DNA of 63,991 bases, filler included, from Olpidium bornovanus S191 (Eukaryota > Fungi > Olpidiomycota), in NCBI GenBank assembly GCA_017911155.1. It is 26 parts of 26 records of this genome, joined end to end, with 100 filler letters (N's around TTAATTAATTAA, not from the genome) between each part and the next. Parts side by side here need not be neighbours in the genome. Positions count along the whole stretch, not along the records: positions 19,865 to 23,990 come from JAEFCI010009475.1; positions 24,091 to 27,459 come from JAEFCI010009147.1; positions 27,560 to 30,312 come from JAEFCI010004221.1; positions 30,413 to 37,351 come from JAEFCI010008938.1; 22 more parts are not named here. One strand, given 5' to 3'. The translations under genes were made by a program, and so were the position numbers. Under the pieces are notes generated by a model that was given only the letters and a program-made list of their open reading frames with translations, was not told the origin of the DNA and made no database searches. Positions 21,888-33,166 of this stretch are shown in pieces (within the stretch, counting starts at the first letter, position 1; each line of letters starts with the position of its first letter).

Positions 21888-23990
21888 ATGGAGAAAGCCA
21901 ACGCGAGAGGCACCGCAAACGAGGGCGAGAGTGCGACGGCCGCGGGAAAAGCAAACTTTCAAGATGAGCCGACGCCAGGGGGCACCCAAGGGTCGATGAA
22001 CTGTCCGAGGGCAGGTCCGTCCTCAGCCGCGGGGATTCCGCTGATGGGGTCGGTGGCAGGCGCCGGCGCCAGGCTGCGAGGGGGTGACCAACTGGGGACA
22101 GTGAAGAAGCGCGACATCACGTTGTTGAAGAAGAGCCGCAGGGGGCGGGTAGGGTCAGCAATGACGCCTTTGCCGCCGCTGGATACGTCCAACGAGTCTC
22201 CGTCGTCGACGTGCTCGGCATCCTCCAGTGGGTCTTCGTTGCCGTCGACGCCGCTCCGGCACGGCCCGGCGGGCGCCCAACCGCACGACCCGCCGCTCTC
22301 GGACGTTCCCCCCGCAGCGGCGTACGACAAGTTGACCTTCAACGTGCTCACCATCATGGGCAGGACGTTCCAGATCCGGGTGCTGCCGACGGGCTCCGTC
22401 CGGGACGTGAAACGGGCGATCCAGAAAGAAGCGGGGATTAACGCCGATGTTCAGGTGCTGGTGTACCAGGACAAGGCGCTCGTCAACGACGGGGCCTCGG
22501 TGTCCGAGTGCGGCATCCGGGACGGGGCGACGATCCAGCTCGTGGTGCAGATGATCGGCGGGCCCGGCACCGTGGGCACCGCACACCACCCGCTGGTCAG
22601 CCGGCAGGCCTTCGACGCAGGGACGGGAATCCGCCCGGGCGGCGAAGGAAGAGGGTCGAGGAAAGGCAGCGGGCGGGCGCGGCGGAAGGCAGGATTTGGC
22701 TACAGCGGAGACGGCCGACCGCGGGACGCCGGCGATGAGGAGGAAGACAGCAAAGAAGAGGTAGTACTCCTTCTTTGCAAGCAGGACGGTGAAGTATACG
22801 TCCTCGAGGTGCATCTAAAAGACGGCGGCGCGACGGGCGAGGCTTTGCCGAGGAAATGCTTGGACTCGCCGTCAGACTCTGCCGCATGCCTCGAGCTGAA
22901 GGCAAAGCGGGAAGCGGAAGAGCTGATCGAGATGGCCGTATCCGGGGCCAGCGTTGTGGACGTGGACGTCGAGGTGATCAGCGAGCAAGAGGCCGTGCGG
23001 TTACTCCGCGAAGCAAACATAAACATAGAGTTCGAGTTGCTGGACAGGACGATGCGCCAATTCACAAATTTGGGAATTCAAGAAGACAGATCCCGGCCAG
23101 GTACCGGAGCGGGCGGAGCCGAGGGAAAGGCAACCGGCCGTGACCAGTCCTACGAAATTGACACTGACGACTTGTCCTTCCTGAGGCCGATTTCCGCCTC
23201 GTCCACCATCTCGACAAACTCGCTGTCGACTTTCTTATCCCTGGCCACAACAATGACGACCACCACAAGTTCTTCGGGTCCGTCGTCCTCTTCTACGCCG
23301 TCAATCGGCTCCGCATTCTCCTCTCGGCCGATCTCGGCCTTCTCCATCAGCACGATATCGCGGCCAGGCTCGGGATCGCCGGTTTCGCTGCGGGTTTTTT
23401 CGTCGACGCCCGCCTCGGCGTCGTTGTCGGCCTCGCCAATGCCGTCGCAATTCCCGTCGTTCGCGTCGTCCACGAATTCGACGAAATCCGGTAGGCTGAA
23501 CGGCGAAGACATTGGAGCGCAGGAGGCAGCGCCTCCTGCGGTCTGCGAACGCGAGGATGGCGCTGCTCCGGCCGAAGCATCGGCGAGAAAGGAGGTTACG
23601 GCCAGGATGGCACCATCTCGCAACGGCCTCCCGTTGCGAGGGCAAAGGCCAGCCACGGCGATCTGCATTACGCGGGTCCGCGTCTCCACCGCGGATCGTA
23701 CAGCTGCCATCGATGGAGATCGGGAGAACTGCGCCTTGGCAGTGCACCGGAGGAGGCTAAAATCCGCCGGGGTGGTGAAACCGGTCCCGCGCCCGATCAG
23801 CCCCAGCCTCAGCGACGACGAAGATAAAGGGATGTGTGAACCCGTGTCTCCGGTGGAAATGCCAGAGAAGATCCCGGCGGCCGCTCAAGTTCCCGCTGCA
23901 GTGCCGCCAAAAGAATGCGTTTCCGCGGAAGTTGGCCGGCCCGCCACGCGGAGCGCGAGAAACCTGGATGGACGGTTGGCTTTGGCATGC
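21888..23990 (+). CDS. ZFAND4/ANUBL1-like protein (ubiquitin-like domain plus long Ser-rich linker), 3'-truncated
   Basis: Uninterrupted ~700-codon ORF containing FNVLTIMGRTFQIRVLPTGSVRDVKRAIQKEAGI...LVYQDKALVNDGASVSECGIRDGATIQLVVQMIGGP. A UBL ending in GGP is as in ZFAND4. The expected C-terminal AN1 finger would lie beyond the gap. Confidence 0.7.
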
Positions 23991-25919
23991 NNNNNNNNNN
24001 NNNNNNNNNNNNNNNNNNNNNNNNNNNNNNNNNNTTAATTAATTAANNNNNNNNNNNNNNNNNNNNNNNNNNNNNNNNNNNNNNNNNNNNCATGAAGAGC
24101 ACGGCCTCCTCATTCAGTCGCCACCTACAACCAAGCATTTTTATGCTTGGCAATACAGATCCGACCTATGATACCAGAGAACACATCCTCATTACTCAAA
24201 ACCTTCAAAGTCTCATCAACAAGCACATAACACAGTCATTCATAGGTGATCTCGTTATGGCAAACCCACTTCGCTGCAAATTGCAGGCAGCTGTAAGCTC
24301 CGCCCGCTTCTGTCATTGCTATAAGGAGACAGGCAGAGCAAACTCTGGTGCAAGTGCGAACAACGCCGTCAGATCGAGCAGAACACTTGAAAGCAAGCTC
24401 AATGGCCCGCGGAACAGATGTCAAACTTCAGAGAAATGATGGCCCCAAAGCTGGAACACGTAACCACCAACAAGCAAATTGTCAACAAGATTGCAGAGAA
24501 CAGGACTAGCGTGGTCGTGGACATCCGTCAAAACCACGTAGCTACTGATCTGGCACGGTCACGCAAATTGTGCTGTTCTTAAACAACTTAAGGAGGAGAA
24601 TCAGATCCGGTGTGGCCGCGGCAGCCTCGCGACCGGCGATACCGCCATCGCGCAAAAGTGTGCTATGGATGAGCTTGTTCGCGCAGCACTTGATAAGGTT
24701 GCCAAGTTATCCTGCACAATAGAAGTGTACCCGGACTAACCCCGTTCTCTTACCACCAAATCCGCGCTGCTCAGTGGAATTATCATGTAGCGGTGGAGAT
24801 GCCGGCGGCGGAAGGGAGACGCCCGCGGAGCGACCGGCGCCGGACGAAAGAAATAGGAGCTTCTGCGACGTCCGTCCGGTGGGAGAGAGAAAGAGATTGA
24901 GAGAGCAAAAAGACAAGTCCGAGGGGAGGAAAAAGAGGCGATTACCGTTCGCGGAAGATATTGGGCGCTAGAATTCACCAGCTTTTATTTTTATTTGTTT
25001 TAGCTCATGGTTTACGTAGAGAGACGGATCTCCTCCGTTGTCGAGTGAAGGACGCCGCCGGTAAAGTGGCACGGCCTTCCCGCATACCACTCATATCCTG
25101 ATCGAAGGCACGTCTTGGTCTCCTTTCTTTCACCGCCGCGCAGCGAGCATGAAGAACCGGGGCCGCCCGCAATGAAGCGCTTGCATTCATGGCGACGACA
25201 TGGAAACCCGCACCGTCACCCGTGACAGATTCCCTTAGCTCCTTTATCTGCTTTCACGAATAATCTTGACATAGAGCCAAAATATCACCACGTCCCCTCG
25301 CCCGCGCACGTCCCTCACGCAGCCTAATAAAAAGATTTGTGCCCTTGAACTCCATATTGTCTACTCTCCAAGCTTCGATGACGACTCGGACCGCTCTTTG
25401 GAGCTCAACACATTTGTGGGGTCACGGGTCACCGCCACCCATTGACACGCCTAGATGCAAGGCCGTGAAACATTAAAAACGAAAAATATTTACAATAACC
25501 TGGCCCTTCCTCGGCAACGCCCCCGACTTAGACCGATGCAGATTTCTCGTCGAACCAAAAGTAGTCCACGACAAGGGTGAAGAACAAAGCAACATCAATC
25601 CGCACGTGGCCACAGCACGCCGGTTTAGCCCCACGCCTGCTAATGCTGCAGTTTCCATTCGATGAGCGTCGGCGGCAAGTCAGAAAAGAGGCAGGCAGGC
25701 GTGTGCAAGTCCAAGGTGGGGGGAAACTCTCGCTCTGTTTCCCCGCGTGCCCGACCGCACCCCGACACGCGGAGGCTCTGGGGGCACCGCGCCCTCAGTC
25801 ACCCGTGGAACGTTCCTCTCTGAACGTCGCCCCACCGCCCGCGCACGCCCGCCCCGCTCTCGCCGACCCCTCGCCCCTCGCGCGGAGCGCATTTAGCGGC
25901 GTCCGCCGATTGCCGCACG

Positions 25920-27459
25920 GTGTCGGCAACCTTTAACCGCCAACCGCCCAACACGGAGGACCAGCGGCCGCGGGTGTCGCCCGGTGGTGACGACGAGGCG
26001 GTGCACGCGGACACACGAGACCGGGCAGACGGAGGCATCGGCGGTAACGCCGGAACCGCGGGGTGGGATGCGACTGCGGCGGCCGCCCAGCTACTATCGT
26101 TACGGACCACGTTGCCGTCCTTGCTGTACCTTTCCCCGCCGACCGAGACGGCAAAAGCCGAAAGCCTCGTGGCCGGACAAGGCTGCGGGCAGGGCGAGGG
26201 CATTTTGACCGGCAGTGTTTTCGTAGAACTCGGCGACGGCGCGTTAACAAATTCTGAAACCGGGCACCGCATAGGTTCCGATCATTGCGAAGAGGAGGTT
26301 CGGCCGGTCGTGATTGTGGTCCACGGCAAGGGGCCAGATCGGCCGGAGTTCCAACCGAGAGTTGGGGCCGCAGGAGCACGCACAGGCAAAAGAACTTCCA
26401 TGGAGTCACGCGAAGCATCCGCCGTCCTTTGCGCCGTCGATGCGTCGGGGCCCCCTGCCGCCGACACTCTAACGAGAATTGTTGTCGCCGCCACGCAACG
26501 CATTCCGGCAGAACCGCCGACGTCGTTTTTTGGCTCTGTAATGCCCTATATTCGAAGATTTTTCGGCGCGCCACCTTCAGATTCGTCGCCTCCCCGACCG
26601 CCAAAGTGCAGTTCAAACACTCTCGCGAATAACGCGCCACCGGGCAAGCATCGGAGGCGGCCCTCACCTCCGTTGCTGCTGGATGTCGACCTGGATCCGA
26701 TACTGGATGCCCAACGACAGGAGTCGCTGGCCGACTCGCTGGAGGGATCGTTTTTCGAGAGCGTCAAGGTTACGAGCCTTGACCGACGGACTGCCTCAAA
26801 CTCCTCCCACGCGTCATTTTCGCCGACAGTCAGATCGACCACCCTGACCACGCCGACGAGCACTACAGTGACAACCCCGCTGCCCATGGAGGGCGTGACA
26901 ACGACAGGTCCCGGTTCCGAGTTCGCATACGGCGAGATCTCGGCACGTCGGTTCGCAGCGTCTACCGCCGCCCGCCGCCGGGCATCCCTTCCTCCTGGAC
27001 TTGCAACTTCCCGCGGGTCTGCCGCGCCTTCCACCTCCCAGGACTCACTGGCTTCCAACTCCCTTTTCCCGCCCATGCAAGAAATCGAGACAGAGCCAAG
27101 TTCGGCCGCGGCAACGACGCCACCACTCGTCATCAAGAGAGCCCATCCGCAAACGACCCGTACTACGTCCCAGCCGTCGGTCTCTGGTCATCTCGCGATA
27201 CCTTACCATTTATCGTACTCTCTTCCCCCTCTGAGTGGTCGAGTCGTTGATGGCCATGACAGATGCTTGCATCTTTCTGTGACCCATCGCTATGCTTCCC
27301 TTTCTGCCATAATTGACGATCTGCCTCCAGTCAAGCTGCATGGCCGGAAACAAGACGTCAAACCCGTGATGACACCAGAGGTGGCCAACGTCGTGAGTTT
27401 TCGGACGTACTCGCATTCAACAAGTATTGAGGTCGGTTTTGAGAAAGATGCTATGAAGG
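25920..27459 (+). CDS. Probable Oxr1/TLDc-family protein, long disordered N-terminus; 3'-truncated, start uncertain
   Basis: Long Ser/Pro/Thr-rich ORF ending LPPVKLHGRKQDVKPVMTPEVAN before a GTGAGT donor. This resembles the segment just before the fungal TLDc domain; the domain itself is lost in the gap. Confidence 0.5.
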
Positions 27460-27592
27460 NNNNNNNNNNNNNNNNNNNNNNNNNNNNNNNNNNNNNNNNN
27501 NNNTTAATTAATTAANNNNNNNNNNNNNNNNNNNNNNNNNNNNNNNNNNNNNNNNNNNNGGGCGGGCCCGGCGCCGGGGGGGGGGGGGGGGG

Positions 27593-29159
27593 GTGGGGGG
27601 AGGGACGCCCGCCTCTGAGCCGCCGCCGCAGCGACTCCCACTTGCCGGACGCCCACCTGCAGGGCGCGGCCTTTCCTGCCGTGACCACGGAAGCCGGAAA
27701 AGTATGGACAGCGACCGGCCATCCGGCAGCAGCAGTGCGCACAGCAGCCGGCTGGGGGAGGCCGACGCCCGCCTACGCTTGACGGGCGGCCGCACGGAAC
27801 GGGACGCTGCCTTTCCGGAACCTGTGCGCCCGTGGCTACTGGGCTATGTCGACCCCGCCGCGACCTTCTCGTCGGGCGCCGTCAGCGGTCGTAGGTTCCG
27901 CGATGCCTGTAACCTCCGTCACCAAAAAGCAGATGATCTTACTGTTAAGTACGAGAGCGAAGTGCAGGCGCGCGCCCGCGCGCTGCGGCAGTAAGTCCGA
28001 ATGGTAGTGCCTGCAGTTAAACGAAGTCGTGTGGCCAGCGTACTTTTGCATGCTTAACTTGCCGATGCCTCTCAGAGGTCGCGTCAACCTGGAAGACCTT
28101 CGGGGACGCACCGAAAGCCAGGAAGAGACTGCAGCTTGCTTTCGCAAGCGCGCTTCTGAACTCAGGTGTCTCGCATTCTTTCCGCCGACGTTGTTTCTGC
28201 GACGGTGGCCCGTGCATGGCGGACTTTCAGCCTGACGTTTACCTGAAGACCTGTAGCAGATTTTCAGTTTGGTATCAGCCGCAGACGGTTGGAGAGTCGG
28301 CTATCAGTGCTGAATAAAACGATAGAAGCGATCGGTACATGGCCCTTTGATTCTCTTGTCCACAGAGGGTGTTTGTGGGCGCTAAGCATTACCACACAGG
28401 TCGTTCGGGCCCTACGCCTGGTTCGCCCCCTTGGACTGAAGCTGCTGTCCAGCGCGTCCGTGCAAGTGTGTCCATTCAGGCCATTTGCTTGCCAACGCGA
28501 TCGCACGTCGTTAATCTGGCCTTGCGTCACGTTTCGGCCAGTCGAAAGCTTACTTTCGAAGTGGTCTAGCGTGGACGAGTTGGAAGGCATGTCCTTACTT
28601 AGCCGCTGACATAAATCATCCACCCTCCGCGCCGATTTCGGGAATTGGCAAAATGACTAACTGGGCGGAATTTCGTAACGCGTACCGGAACCTTTATGCG
28701 ACGTTCGTTGAGAAGCCGGGGTTCCCGTGTCATGGCCACCCGAATTCCCGTTGCCGGCTTCCTCGGGAAGAGTCACAACGAGCGACCAGGCAAGGCTGGG
28801 CGTTCTCATCTCTCGGGTGGTCGCGTGGCTTAAAGCCGCTTGTACGAAATCGTCCGACGCTGACAGGTTAGATGGCGACGCGGTGGACGCGGACGTTGCG
28901 GAGGGCTCACTGCTGCTTCGCTCTTTGCAGCTGGAGGAGGCGCGGTTGGCTCGTCGCGTCGAAGATCTGCGCATGTAGGTTTCTTTCGAGCCCAATGTGT
29001 ATCAGTAGTTCGTTCGCGAGCATGCAACCTGATTTCAGATTTTTCCGCTTTCACCACAGGCACCTTGAAGATATAGACCCCGTTTGTCCTTCTTCATCGC
29101 AACGGCCTAGTACAGCGGTCGCCGTGGCACGTCTCGACATGGGCGGCCCGGTACCGTAA
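27593..29159 (+). CDS. Uncharacterised multi-exon, partly coiled-coil protein
   Basis: Protein-like segments bounded by GT/AG: ...YESEVQARARALR|QLNEVVWPAYFCMLNLPMPL...RASEL|RRRLESRLSVLNKTIEA|...LQLEEARLARRVEDLR|HLEDIDP...*. Family not recognised. Confidence 0.5.
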
Positions 29160-30412
29160 ATGTATCTTTCCGCCAGCATTATTACCCATGGGCGGTGCCT
29201 TAGTTTATACAGGGATGGATGTCCTGTCCGCTATTCCTTTCTCATGTGAACGTTTGCGTGATTGAGAATCACTCAACAACGCAGACATCCTTTTTATATT
29301 GTAACTAGTGAGACGACGGGCGTTAGGCCATTAGAGCCGCTACGCGGCGAACGGCCGTGGATTGGAGATGGTGCAGGCAAAGCGCGCGTGTGCGTCGGCG
29401 ACGGAATGTTCGAATTGGCGCCACGGGTTTAGGCGGCATTTAATTCTGGGCATTACTTGGGACTCGTTACCCCCCCCCCCCCAAAACCAAAAAGCCCCAG
29501 ACCGGTCTAAAGTAGCGAATCATGCGCCCCCATCCCCGTCCGAGAATCGGCTTCGTCCTACCGCTCCTCCATCCCGTCCCTCCGGCCCCAGCTACGCCTT
29601 TCGTGACTTCGCTCGCGCTTGCTCCGGCGTCGTTCGCCGGCCTCGCAACGCTCGGCGCCTCTTGGCGTTCGAAACCGATTTTTTTTTTCCGGGCGGACGG
29701 CGCTTTTCTTACTCCACTTTTCTTAGATTTTGGTTACTGCTTAACTTCGCCCTTTTTATTTCCTCCCCCCTTCCCCCCTTCGTTTGTGAATCTCAACGGT
29801 TCCCCTTCGCTTCTCGAGCGTCTACCCGGCGTCCGTAAGATCTGCGATTCTTCATCCACTTGTCCTTGACCACGGTGGACCGGGCTTTCCACCTTCAACG
29901 TCCTCTCGCCCGGGCTCTCGAGCCCAGACCACGGCAGCCAGCGGTGCGCACAGGCTCCTGTTGCGGGGTCCCGTGCCGTCTAGCCCTTCGGCTGCGTCGA
30001 CTGCGTGACTTCCGAGCTCAGGTCGAAAAGCTGAACGCCATTATAACCTCCATGCCCCAGAACGGCAAGCCATCGTGCGGTGCCAGAATGACGCGATCCA
30101 AACCTGTGCGGGAGGTTTCCGGATCACCCGCAAGGACGTAAAGCAATGCGCCGTCCGCAAGGCTTATGGTTTGCTCGTCTTATGAAACGGACATGTCAGG
30201 AAACAATGGACTTCACGGCAGTAGTCAATCTGGATATGCCCAGATTTAGTTCGCGGTTGACTCGCACGCCGCAGTGCCGACCCTAAGCGCAGAGGTCGCT
30301 TGGCACCTGGAANNNNNNNNNNNNNNNNNNNNNNNNNNNNNNNNNNNNNNNNNNNNTTAATTAATTAANNNNNNNNNNNNNNNNNNNNNNNNNNNNNNNN
30401 NNNNNNNNNNNN

Positions 30413-32305
30413 CATGTCGAACGCAGACGTTGCCCGCTATCCAGCGGTACGGCCGCCCGAGCATTTTCCGCTGCCTTCGAGGGCATTATCCCCTGTATTG
30501 AATACCGAGCCCTTATTACCGTCCAGCTTGCGGATAAGGTACCACAAATTTTATCTGCCTGGGCCCTGCAGACGTCACCGTCGCAACCAAAGGATCGAGC
30601 TATGGAACGTAAAATCGAAGAACTGACTTGGAGGATCAAAGACCAGAAAGATGTCAACCCGGGGTTGTACATAGAGCGGGCTTGGCTGTACGCCGAGAAT
30701 ATGATGTTCGACGAAGCCTTTCACGATCTTGCCGTAGCCATTGCAAATAGTGGTGCGCTCGTCGTTTTCAAACATCCCCACACTTCCATTCGCATTCTAA
30801 CTGCTGAAAAATGCTGAGGCGTTTTTGTCTTCGGTTGTAGGCGCCGGGATGGCGATTGACGCGCGGTGGTTGCGGGCGCAAATTTGGCTGCTCACTGACA
30901 GTACCGAATTGGCGCTGAAGGACTTGGAAGCTATCACCGACAGTAGCAAAACGCATCTGGGAGCTTTTCACGCGAAAGCCAAATTATACCAAGAGCTCGG
31001 TGGGTGCGACGAAGGTTCCGTCAAACGCCGCAAATTCTACGAACTGCTGATGAATTGCATCTCTCAGACATGGTGAAGCTGGCCATCGTCAACTACTCGC
31101 AGGTCATCCGCCTTCGCCCGGACGACGCGGACGGTTATTATGCCCGAGGCTGTTTGTTCGAGCAGGAGAATGTGAGATCATCCATTTCAAAGAGACCTAT
31201 TTCGACGCTGGCGTTTGATCTGTTGACACGAAAGCTTTTGAACCTCAAGGAAGCTGTGTACGCAGACGAGGACTTCAACATGGTCCGAAAGCTCGATCCG
31301 AGCAATACTCATGCCCTTCTCAAACACGCCATGCATTGTTTCGAGCGTGAGCTCTGGGAAGACAGTATTAAGGCCTTTACGTCCTTAATCAACGCAGTCC
31401 CGGAGTTTGCAACCGCGTATACGTTCCGCGGTCGCGCGTGTGCGAGTCTGCAAATGTGGGAGACTGCTCTGGAAGTAAGTTTTTCTTTTGTCCGCCACCA
31501 AAATGCGACCGCCGGTCGCGATCCCAACGTCTCTCTTTGCTACGATTGAATGGTGTATCGAATTTTGTTCAAATAAAGGACTTGACGAAAGCTATCCAGC
31601 TGGCGCCCGACAGGGCGGATTTTTTCTATCACAGGGGGTGTTTGCTTTCCGAGCGCAACCGAAAAAAGGCGCTGGAGGACTTCGGCGTTTCCCTTTTGTT
31701 GGACGATTCTCCGCGGAATGCGCGCGTGTACTTCTACAGAGGTGGGGGGGTTCTTCCCAGTTGCCAAAAAAAGGGAAAAAAAAAAACCCCCAAGAAAAAC
31801 TAGCACGCGTTGGAAATTGTGGCGCGTTATTTACCCGTGCGCTCTATCCCGAAAAAAAGCCCTGGTGCACACTCGAACAAAAAAGAAAGACATGGCAATT
31901 GTGGACTTCCAAAGCGGTGTGTTCATTTTTTTTTTTTTTAATGCCTAAATCCGATTCTCCGTTTGCGTTGGTTGGCCCGGAAGTTAAATTCTCGCAATAT
32001 TGCAACATGTCCAAAAAAAAACCCCCCAAAAAAAGTCTTGGATAGGGAGCCGGAAAACGCGGCCGCACACTTGAATTTGGGCCTTCTTTATATGGAGCAT
32101 TCACGCAACTATCCAAAAGCGTTGCAATGTTTTAACAACAGCATTTTTCACGGTATGTTTGGTACCTGCTCTCGCACCGCGTCTCGAGCGCCGTTCGCAT
32201 GGTTGTTAACACCGTGAGGCTCCCTTCAACCGTGCAGACCCGAGGAACACCAGAGCGTACCTATGCCGAGGAGAGCTTTACCAGCGAATGCACGAAACGT
32301 ACTAA
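30413..32305 (+). CDS. TTC6-like TPR-repeat protein, partial, multi-exon
   Basis: TPRs: LAIVNYSQVIRLRPDDADGYYARGCLFE; AYTFRGRACASL; DLTKAIQLAPDRADFFYHRGCLLSERNRKKALEDFGVSLLLDD (recalls TTC6 YHRGCL.RK.NP..ALQDYSVS.L..D); AAAHLNLGLLYM; DPRNTRAYLCRGELY. 3' end uncertain. Confidence 0.7.
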
Positions 32306-33166
32306 AATTCACAAAGGATATTCCCATTTCCCGCCACGTAAGTTATCATTAGTAGTCTCCGCGCGGAAGAGCAACTATTCGACTGCAAGAGATATTGACG
32401 TTGAATTAGTTGTATCATGTTTTGCATTGTTTTCTGCTATCGTGTTCTCTTCCCCGAGCGTCCGGCGTAACCTTCTGTCAACCACTGGAAGAAGAAAAAA
32501 CGAAACCGCTGGCGGCATGCGCGGGAAGAGGTACATCACGCTTGGGCACCCGCAGGCGTACAGCAGTTGTGATCTGTCACTGTGCTTGACGTATTTTACG
32601 CCGCCTGCAGAAATAGCCCAAATACTTACAATCATAGGTATTATAGAACCACGAAAACCTCGAATCCTGGTCCAGAATTTCGAACGCGAACTGTGAGCTA
32701 CACAAGTTTTTCCATCCGTTGGCAGGCACTAGCCGGTTATGACGTGAATAGACTTATTACAAATAATTAGTTGTTTTTTAACAACTTACCGTCTTTACAG
32801 GTGGGAGAGGATGATGACACTCAGTAATTGATTTAAAATACTGTGTAACTTGTCGACGACGCCGTTGCCCAGCGCGGCAAGCGGTCGCGAGGTTTACGAC
32901 AACCCCAACTTCGAATAAGAATCGCGCTGCTGCCAAGTAAACCAAGCCGCCGTCTGGGTAACCGGCAGCTCGTCGTCTGGTGTCGGTTTCTGCGTTACGT
33001 TCCGGAAAAGGAGGGGGAAGGCGGCGCAATCTCTTCGGGAAACCAGAACACTCCGGCGGTCTGAGAATGATGCCGCCGCGCGCTTCTGTCCTCGTCGAAC
33101 CCATTCAGAACGCCTATCTCCGAACCGCCCGCGCTCTTGGACAACCAGGCTCTTTGGTTACGTGCC

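Noticed and set aside
24091-24700. Lower-GC stretch possibly from a Copia gag or other TE
   Set aside because: Many stops and no diagnostic motif.
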